Assembly (NCBI GenBank): GCA_964636085.1
Contig: CAZWPQ010000009.1
Span: 1-43,376, forward strand
Source of the DNA: an uncultured Nitrososphaerota archaeon
GTDB lineage: Archaea > Asgardarchaeota > Njordarchaeia > Njordarchaeales > Panguiarchaeaceae
DNA length: 43,376 bases
Reading direction: 5' to 3'
Positions 36,511-43,376 of the stretch are shown piece by piece. Position 1 is the stretch's first letter. Each line of letters opens with the position of its first letter. The position numbers and the translations under genes are program-made. The notes beneath the pieces were generated by a model that was not told the DNA's origin, made no database searches, and saw only the letters and a list, made by a program, of their open reading frames with translations.

Positions 36511-37587
36511 ATGGAAAAAACCTTGGAACCAGGGAACCCATTTAAAAGAGTCCCATTGATCTCTGCTATGGGGGAGTTAGATAGAGCGATACGCAAAGCA
36601 GTAGCATTGCCTCTACCGCGAGTAAAGAAAAATGCTTTTACAAATCACAAAATCCGCTTGCTTAATAGAATTGAATATATAGAACAACATCTCATAAACA
36701 AGCTTGAGAGAGTTCTGAAGGCAATACCAAAGATAAATCATCTGCACGAGTTCTATGTTGCTATGATAGACATATATTCCGATCGTAACATATTCAAGAA
36801 AACTCTGGGTAGAATTAATGGCGCTATTAGGGTAATTAGAAAAATTTCTGGGGAGTACAAATCATTGATTCGCACGTCCAAGACAATTGGATACAGGAAT
36901 GATAAAGATGCGATAAAGTATTTATATAAGCTATGGCGCCAATATCTTGCCAGACTATCCTCGTTTATAAATGAGATAAATGACGCTTTTATCTATCTAA
37001 ATAACCTAATGAAAATACTAAGAAAACTTCCTGATTACAATCCGGAACTACCTACAATCGTAGTTTGTGGGCCGCCTAATAGTGGCAAGAGTAGCTTGGT
37101 TGGTGCACTTTCGAATGCCCGCGTCGAAATTGCGGAGTATCCATTCACAACAAAGGAATTGGTATTTGGTCACATAATTATGAACACAATCCCACCAGTC
37201 ACCATACAAATTGTGGATTCACCTGGTTTGTTCGACAGACCTCTTCAAGGCAGAAAAAAGGAGGAGCTCTTGGCCCTAGAGGCTATAAGAACCATCGCAA
37301 ATTGTGTAATTTTCTTGTTTGATTGTAGTTATGAGAGAACCATAGATATTAATGGCCAACTCAGCATTTTTGATGAAGTCATATCCTTCCTCGGGAATAG
37401 AAATATGATTGTCGCTCTTAACAAATCGGACATAAAAGATCCCAGCTTCATATCGAAAATCCTGGGGCTTCTGGAGGCCAGAAATATAAAACCTTTACTG
37501 ATTAGTGTTAAGTATAAATATGGATTAAATATTCTCCTTAACAAGGCAGTTAAGATCCTTTTTGGTCATAGGATATGGAAACAATAA
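36511..37587 (+). CDS. Nog1-family GTP-binding protein
   Basis: LHEFY, PTIVVCGPPNSGKSS, EYPFTTK, DSPGLFDRP, FLFDCS, NKSD. Confidence 0.93.
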   Translation: MEKTLEPGNPFKRVPLISAMGELDRAIRKAVALPLPRVKKNAFTNHKIRLLNRIEYIEQHLINKLERVLKAIPKINHLHEFYVAMIDIYSDRNIFKKTLGRINGAIRVIRKISGEYKSLIRTSKTIGYRNDKDAIKYLYKLWRQYLARLSSFINEINDAFIYLNNLMKILRKLPDYNPELPTIVVCGPPNSGKSSLVGALSNARVEIAEYPFTTKELVFGHIIMNTIPPVTIQIVDSPGLFDRPLQGRKKEELLALEAIRTIANCVIFLFDCSYERTIDINGQLSIFDEVISFLGNRNMIVALNKSDIKDPSFISKILGLLEARNIKPLLISVKYKYGLNILLNKAVKILFGHRIWKQ

Positions 37588-38360
37588 AACCACATGAAAT
37601 GGTGCTCCTCTACAACCCTGCCAGAAATAAAAAGATATGTGTATTTGTCCAGCCTGGTGAAAAAATACATACACAATGGGGATATATCGAGACCGATAAC
37701 ATAATTGGCGCCAAGCCGGGAGATATCATTAGTACTCACTTGGGCGAAAAATTGATAGTGTTCAGGCCGCTCCTTTATGAAAAAATTGAGCACAATAGAT
37801 ACTTCAAATATCCCACGCAGATTGTCAGACCGAGAGACTGGGGATTGATAATCAGCTATTCTAATATTAGACCTGGTAGCATTGTTGTGGAGATCGGAAC
37901 TGGTAGCGGTGCATTTACTGCTTTCCTTTGTGAAATTGTCCAACCCAATGGATTTGTGTATTCATACGAATGCATACCTGAGAGGGCTACAATTGCTAGG
38001 AAAAACCTTGAAATGCTCAATGTTCCCAAAATCTATGAAATAAAAATAAGAAACGTCACAAAGGATGGATTGGACGAAAAAAATGTTGATGCAGTATTCG
38101 TTGATATACCAGAACCATGGAGTGTCGTGGCAGACGCGTATGGAGCCCTGCGGCCAGGCGGCATGATAATCTGTTATGTGCCAACATTTAACCAAGTGTA
38201 TAGATTATTAACATCTTTATATGAAAACAATTTTAGTGATATCAAAATAGTGGATCATTTTTATAGAGAGATCCAGCCAAAAACCCATGCTATCAGACCA
38301 CTGCTTCAATCTTATGTCTTTTCAGCTTTCATTATATTTGGAAGAAAAACTTTTCGTTGA
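37575..38360 (+). CDS. trmI: tRNA (adenine-N1)-methyltransferase TrmI (Gcd14 family)
   Basis: HTQWG, THLG, TQIVRPRD, EIGTGSG, DAVFVDIPEPW, PTFNQ. Confidence 0.93.
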   Translation: METIKPHEMVLLYNPARNKKICVFVQPGEKIHTQWGYIETDNIIGAKPGDIISTHLGEKLIVFRPLLYEKIEHNRYFKYPTQIVRPRDWGLIISYSNIRPGSIVVEIGTGSGAFTAFLCEIVQPNGFVYSYECIPERATIARKNLEMLNVPKIYEIKIRNVTKDGLDEKNVDAVFVDIPEPWSVVADAYGALRPGGMIICYVPTFNQVYRLLTSLYENNFSDIKIVDHFYREIQPKTHAIRPLLQSYVFSAFIIFGRKTFR

Positions 38361-38418
38361 CCCCTTTTTATTTTTATTCACTATATTTTAACCATTATGA
38401 TGACATGGATATATGTGA

Positions 38419-38865
38419 TTGTATATGTCTTCACGGAAAAGGGAAATCCTAAAATCTAGGAAGAAAGAAAAAATAGCTCTACTCATTGACTTAGATACTG
38501 TTAGAGATCTGCAGACCATTATAAAGATGTATGAAATAGCGAACTCGCGTGGAGAAATCGTCTATTCCTGTGTATATGCTGAAGAGAAAGACTTAACATT
38601 GATCAGTACCATAAGTGGCGAGATAGAAAAAAAAGGGGCCGAAATAAAGGTAACTGTCGGACCCAGCGAGATAACAATGGCGCTCGATATTGTCGAGTTT
38701 TCTTATGGAAACAAAATAGATGTAATTATTACATGTACCAGAAAAAATACCCTTATTCCAGCATTTGTAGAGACTAGACGTCTTGGAAAGAAACTAATTA
38801 TAATGGCACCCATTTCGGCACCAGCTAGTCTTGAAGAAGTTGCTGATGAGATAGAAGTAGTGTGA
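38419..38865 (+). CDS. NYN/LabA-domain protein, degenerate active site
   Basis: IALLID, MALD..E, IDVIITCTR, RLGKKLII, LEEVADE match the NYN (PIN-like) topology. Confidence 0.75.
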   Translation: MYMSSRKREILKSRKKEKIALLIDLDTVRDLQTIIKMYEIANSRGEIVYSCVYAEEKDLTLISTISGEIEKKGAEIKVTVGPSEITMALDIVEFSYGNKIDVIITCTRKNTLIPAFVETRRLGKKLIIMAPISAPASLEEVADEIEVV

Positions 38866-38884
38866 CGTTTCTCTATACTTTTAA

Positions 38885-40099
38885 CTACTCTATTTTTGTC
38901 AAAACACAAGCAAATAGTCCAATGTCATCATGAGAATCTGGAAATACCCTCAGTGCATACTCATGCCCTTTAAATCCCGGTATTCCACGGGATCCAAACC
39001 TTATTGGTAACTTAGTTGGCCTAAGATCCAAAATATCTATCATTCTCTCCATAATCATTTCGCCCTCTAACGGATCCAAGGACTCTGTGATGTAGAGTAG
39101 CTTGCCATTAGGACTGAGACCCTCCGAAAACTTGGATACCAAAAACCATGCGTCCCTAGCACACCTAATAAAGTCCCTCTCCTTAAGGAATGCAGTTAGT
39201 CGGGGTCTTATACCCGTTTTTGTACTCCTTGGGTGTATGTATATATAGTCAAAATATTTTGGTGTAACACTAATTCTTTTAAGCTCTCCCGCTATCCATC
39301 TTATTCTATCAGCAACATCATCCATCTTCATTCCAATAAGCCCACGTTTTAGTTTTTCTTCTTCAGATGAACTCTTGGACACAACTACGATCTCTCCCCT
39401 TCCCTTAACTTTAGCTAATGTCCAGATCAAATCTGGTAGCCTAGGCGACACCAACAAAATCTTCGAATCTGGTTGAGGATTCCACAATATTAATGCTTGA
39501 GTACTCGCCATGTCGGCCTCGTATGCAAACCCCCTTATAAATACTTTAAGGGCCTTTAAGTTTGGCTTAAAATATAGACTTTTGGTTATCTCCGCCACCA
39601 AACCAGATGGTTTCTCGCCAGATGCCACATGGCTAACCCCCACCGCAATTTGACGCCCAAATCTAGTTACAATGGCTACCTTATCGCCCGGCCTGATACC
39701 ATCACCTATCTCAAGGACACCAGGGTCATATAGTCTTGGAGCCCCCATCATTATTTCCTCAGCCGCCTGGTCTTTTATAACTATTTTTTTATCGATTTTT
39801 TCGAGTTCATTCGGCCCTTCTATAGGAATCGTTAGGACTTCTCTAAACAGTTTCGAGTACTTAGGGGTCAAGCCAGCGGCCTTAAGTTCTTCGAAAACAT
39901 ATCGGGGATTGCTCCTTAGCATATTCACTCTAATTACAGCCTCCTTTGGTGGTACTCTAAGGGCCTTTATCATTGATAAGGCACGCGTGAAGGAGTACCA
40001 GAATGAAAGCCTAGCAACTATCGCTGGAGAATAGTGGTATTTGCTGGATATTTCCCGAATTATTTTACCAATGTATTTTCTCTTGATTTTCATATACAC
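38885..40099 (-). CDS. RsmB/NOP2/NSUN6-like protein with PUA domain, apparently catalytically inactive
   Basis: IRVNMLR, IEGP, PUA domain (GAPRLYDPGV, GDKVAI), GIRP, LYITESLDPLEGE, RVFPDSHD. Confidence 0.85.
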   Translation of the reverse strand: MYMKIKRKYIGKIIREISSKYHYSPAIVARLSFWYSFTRALSMIKALRVPPKEAVIRVNMLRSNPRYVFEELKAAGLTPKYSKLFREVLTIPIEGPNELEKIDKKIVIKDQAAEEIMMGAPRLYDPGVLEIGDGIRPGDKVAIVTRFGRQIAVGVSHVASGEKPSGLVAEITKSLYFKPNLKALKVFIRGFAYEADMASTQALILWNPQPDSKILLVSPRLPDLIWTLAKVKGRGEIVVVSKSSSEEEKLKRGLIGMKMDDVADRIRWIAGELKRISVTPKYFDYIYIHPRSTKTGIRPRLTAFLKERDFIRCARDAWFLVSKFSEGLSPNGKLLYITESLDPLEGEMIMERMIDILDLRPTKLPIRFGSRGIPGFKGHEYALRVFPDSHDDIGLFACVLTKIE

Positions 40100-40146
40100 A
40101 CCACCGTTTTAGCATCATGTATTAATAAGTCTTTCTAATCTCTATC

Positions 40147-41448
40147 CTAAAATGGGAATAATAAAAGTATCGCAAAATATGACAGAATAATCAAGACAAT
40201 TAAAATCACTGTGAATGCGGCTACCTTAAGTACAAGCCATCTATCGCCCCCCGCAATTTTGACATATAAGATTTTATTGGTGATGCCTGCACATAAAGCA
40301 ATATTAAGCGATAATAATGCATCTAGCAACGATATTTTATTCGCCAGCAACATTGATGCTATTGCCAATTCTACACCTGTCACACTAAATAGACCTCCAA
40401 GGAACGCCGCCACAAATACTAGTTCTATACTTAGCCTCCTTAGGTATACAATGACCACGCTAAGAATAAATAGAATTGTTGCGAATTTAATAGCACTAGA
40501 ATACGAAAGTGGAGATGTCAAGAGTTTGCGTTTTTCGAACACTACCACTGGCTGCTTCTTGAAACTCATATAGGAAAATAATACACCAAATATAACACTT
40601 AAGCACACCGAAGATCCAAATAACAGTATTATCATGGGTATAGGAAAGACTAAGATGCTTAGAAATAGAATGCTGCGAAGAATTAATGTTGTGTCAACGA
40701 TCAGAATAGCTATTGAGGTCAATTCAGACGATAATTTAGGCTTTAGTTCGTTATACATTCTCGTTATTTCTAAGGTGGTACTTTCGGAGTGCACTAGAGC
40801 CCCTAGCCATGCAAATGCCACTAGACCCTTCCTTTCCCCTAGATGCCTAACCGCTACATACCCCATGAATTCTACCAGCAATACGAATACCAAAAATATA
40901 ATAAACACTTGCAGGTTTATTGCCTCTAAAATAATGACTGGAGGGACAATTGGTAGTATTAGTAGTGCCAAGATTGCTATCTGCAGGGCTGAAGTTATTT
41001 CTCTATACTCCAAAGATTTGAGTAGCGCGAGCACCTTATATTTAATGCTTAGAATAGCTGTTATGAATACACTAATAATAATCGCCCAATAAAGTTCTCC
41101 TAGACCAACAAACACGCCTAGAATATAGGCCAAAATAGCCGCTATTGATGTTGTTAAACTGAGCTCCTTCTTAGTAGCTATATTGTAATAAAGATAGACC
41201 CCCACCATCATCAATATGCCCATAAAGCCTATTATAACCAAATTTGCTATGCCATACTCTATCTCCAATATAGAAGTAGCACTACCCATTAGCGATATTA
41301 GACCAAATGACCTAACTCCTGGTCCCTCACCCATAACGTCCTCTTCTCTTCGTTCCTTTGCGAATTGTCTTTCAAGACCAATAATACTGCCCACGACAAA
41401 CGCCACAATAAGTTTAAATTGGAAACTAGATAGAATCTCTGCCGACAT
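40147..41448 (-). CDS. MgtC/SapB-family membrane protein with DUF4010
   Basis: GSIIGLERQ, GVRSFGLISL, LTTSIA, GYVAVRHLG..KG, SSAIKFA; many TM segments. Confidence 0.85.
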   Translation of the reverse strand: MSAEILSSFQFKLIVAFVVGSIIGLERQFAKERREEDVMGEGPGVRSFGLISLMGSATSILEIEYGIANLVIIGFMGILMMVGVYLYYNIATKKELSLTTSIAAILAYILGVFVGLGELYWAIIISVFITAILSIKYKVLALLKSLEYREITSALQIAILALLILPIVPPVIILEAINLQVFIIFLVFVLLVEFMGYVAVRHLGERKGLVAFAWLGALVHSESTTLEITRMYNELKPKLSSELTSIAILIVDTTLILRSILFLSILVFPIPMIILLFGSSVCLSVIFGVLFSYMSFKKQPVVVFEKRKLLTSPLSYSSAIKFATILFILSVVIVYLRRLSIELVFVAAFLGGLFSVTGVELAIASMLLANKISLLDALLSLNIALCAGITNKILYVKIAGGDRWLVLKVAAFTVILIVLIILSYFAILLLFPF

Positions 41449-41469
41449 CTAGGTACTCCCTTCGAACTT

Positions 41470-42762
41470 TTATATATGTTTACCTATTCTTTTTAAAAAT
41501 ACCCCGTGCTCATAAATTAGCTGACCTCTTATGAATGTAGCAATTACTTTCCCAGTCACGATCATACCATCATAGGGCGAAATCTTGGCTTTTGATAAGC
41601 ACTGGTCAGGATCAATAACCCATTTTCTTTTAGGGTCGAATACAACTATATCAGCATAGTTTCCAGTCTTTATCCATCCACGTTTTTGTATTCCAAATAT
41701 CTGCGCGGGGTTCTTGGAAAGCATAACTAAAATTTTCCGGAAATCAATTCGTACTTTTTTACATAGGCTAAAAACTAGTGGGAGTAAATACTGAAGAGAT
41801 TGTATACCATAGGCACCACTATGAAAATTATTTTTCTCATCAACTGCATGAGGTGCATGGTCACTACATATGGCATTTATATGTCCCTCTCTAATAGCTT
41901 GTATTAGAAAATCCCTATCCTCCTTCTTACGTATGGGGGGAAGAACCATAAAGAGGGGAGAGGATTTATCTATTTTCCCTTCATAAAAAACAAGATGATG
42001 AGGAGTAACATCACATGTAATATTGAGGCCTTCCTTCCTTGCCTTTATTATTTCTAACAGCCCAGCCTTAGTAGTTACGTGAGTTATGTGCACATCTAGT
42101 CCTTTTTTAGCCAACTCAACAACATATCTGATCCCCATTAGTTCTGCAAGCGGTGGCCTGAGCTTACTAAGTTCATCTATGCTCGAAAATTCTCCTTTTT
42201 TTATGTATCTTGGGTGCTCTGCATGAAAAACATATTTTAAACCCCTTAGGATATCGCCTCTCGATATAAGCGAGTAATGCCGCTCCATAGGGAGATATAC
42301 CTTCACCGCTCTAGGCGGCACATCAAGCTTCACTACTTTCGTCAATTCATTAGACGCATTCATATCCACATAAAGAAAATAATCACAATACGACTTATTC
42401 CTTATCTGACCAATCTTATACCTATATGTTTCAACACTATCAATCCTAGGTATATTGTTAGGCATGTCCCCAACTACTGTAACACCCGAAGCTACTGCGC
42501 ATTTGGTTCCCGTCTCAAAATCCTCCTTGTATGTCAAGCCGGGATCCCTAAAGTGCACATGACAATCTATCAGTCCGGGCAATATCAACAGATCCTTTGC
42601 ATTATATATTGCATCGACCTTCGATAGATAAAATCTGTTTGTCTTTGATGATCTAAATATCTTTATAATAAAACCGTCACTGGATATTAGTATGTTTACC
42701 CTAGACCAATATGGCCCTATTAATGTGCGTCCTTTAACTACTAGAAAGGCAGACCCCTCTAT
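41470..42762 (-). CDS. pyrC: Dihydroorotase (cyclic amidohydrolase family); true start unresolved
   Basis: LPGLIDCHVHFRDPG, KEDFETGT, DMPN, HAE, TPHHL, SDHAPH, ADIVVFD. The frame stays open upstream of the track's TTG (42588) to a stop at 42775-42777 and encodes a typical N-terminal beta domain. Confidence 0.85.
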   Translation of the reverse strand: MEGSAFLVVKGRTLIGPYWSRVNILISSDGFIIKIFRSSKTNRFYLSKVDAIYNAKDLLILPGLIDCHVHFRDPGLTYKEDFETGTKCAVASGVTVVGDMPNNIPRIDSVETYRYKIGQIRNKSYCDYFLYVDMNASNELTKVVKLDVPPRAVKVYLPMERHYSLISRGDILRGLKYVFHAEHPRYIKKGEFSSIDELSKLRPPLAELMGIRYVVELAKKGLDVHITHVTTKAGLLEIIKARKEGLNITCDVTPHHLVFYEGKIDKSSPLFMVLPPIRKKEDRDFLIQAIREGHINAICSDHAPHAVDEKNNFHSGAYGIQSLQYLLPLVFSLCKKVRIDFRKILVMLSKNPAQIFGIQKRGWIKTGNYADIVVFDPKRKWVIDPDQCLSKAKISPYDGMIVTGKVIATFIRGQLIYEHGVFLKRIGKHI

Positions 42763-42813
42763 ATCTTCAACCGATCATATTTTATATCTTATTTTTTCAG
42801 CACCACTTGGCTA

Positions 42814-43376
42814 TTATCTAATTATCCCATATTTTCCTCTCAGTGGTACGAATCTCACTGCTTCCAGTTCTTCCTTAATATATGCATCCTCTCCTATTCT
42901 CTTCACCTTTACTAATACCTGCCAATCAAATCTTCCTATTTCGATGGGCATAACTAAACAACCACCAATATTCAGTTGCCTTTTAAGAGGTTCAGGTACA
43001 ACCCTCCCCGCCGCAGTAACAATAATAGCATCAAACAATCTGTCTCCTGGCCAGCCAAGCGTCCCGTCGCCATGCCTCACGTCTACGACCCTAAGGTAGT
43101 TCAGACGCTCAAGATTTCTCTTCCCAAAAACATATATATCGTAGTCGACCTCTATTGTACAAACAGGCTTGACTTCCCGCTCCTCTATTTTTCCACCAGT
43201 CACTATTTCGGCACATAGAGCAGCATTGTATCCAGATCCTGTTCCAATTTCCAATACCGTCTTACCGAGATCCAGTTCTGCATGTTGACACATTATCAGG
43301 CACATACTTATCGCTGAAATAGTTGCACCTTTCAGTATGGGGAGTGGCGTGTCAACATATGCGTATCGTATATATT
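42814..43376 (-). CDS. pcm: Protein-L-isoaspartate O-methyltransferase, 5'-partial
   Basis: Manual extension gives AYVDTPLPI..TISA. Also VLEIGTGSGYNAA, GDGTLGW, FDAIIVTAA, FVPLRG. Confidence 0.93.
   Translation of the reverse strand, partial: YIRYAYVDTPLPILKGATISAISMCLIMCQHAELDLGKTVLEIGTGSGYNAALCAEIVTGGKIEEREVKPVCTIEVDYDIYVFGKRNLERLNYLRVVDVRHGDGTLGWPGDRLFDAIIVTAAGRVVPEPLKRQLNIGGCLVMPIEIGRFDWQVLVKVKRIGEDAYIKEELEAVRFVPLRGKYGIIR

Noticed and set aside
705-43218. Many antisense or alternate-frame ORFs in the track (for example 5088-5645, 6567-7334, 10096-10695, 35229-35939)
   Set aside because: They overlap well-supported genes, are Ser/Ile/Phe-rich shadows of the codon bias, and contain no motifs.
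1-43376. CRISPR array, transposase, integrase, rRNA
   Set aside because: No regularly spaced repeats, mobile-element motifs or long GC-rich structural RNA seen. No duplicated tRNA 3' ends (att sites) found by eye.

Overview
Core chromosomal region of an AT-rich, probably thermophilic archaeon. An undivided RpoB, a PolD small subunit, eL18/eS4, tRNAs with non-canonical introns and a small GTPase-roadblock fusion suggest an Asgard-, Njordarchaeia- or Korarchaeia-like lineage (inference, not verified). The window holds about 43 CDSs, mostly for information processing: rpoB, rpoK, spt5, secE, aIF2-beta, Nop10, five ribosomal proteins, DP1, Lhr and Hrq1/MrfA-type helicases, Rio2, Nog1 and TrmI. 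It also has five tRNA genes (iMet, Arg-CCG, Ala-GGC, Ile2-CAT, Arg-CCT) and a box C/D sRNA. I saw no CRISPR array, transposase or integrase. Most notable: (1) a tRNA with an Ala GGC anticodon but A3-U70 instead of the G3:U70 alanine determinant, G32/G38, and a GC-rich leader, just downstream of an MJ1316/DUF504 domain fused to an apparently inactive RNA-ligase module; (2) a tRNA-Arg with two tiny introns (12 and 9 nt) followed by a C/D sRNA with an apparent third C/D unit; (3) an orphan RpoB, plus RpoK and Spt5, with substitutions at near-invariant residues; (4) eukaryote-like trafficking and CIA candidates; (5) several apparent pseudo-enzymes. All family assignments come from motif recognition by eye; no searches were run.
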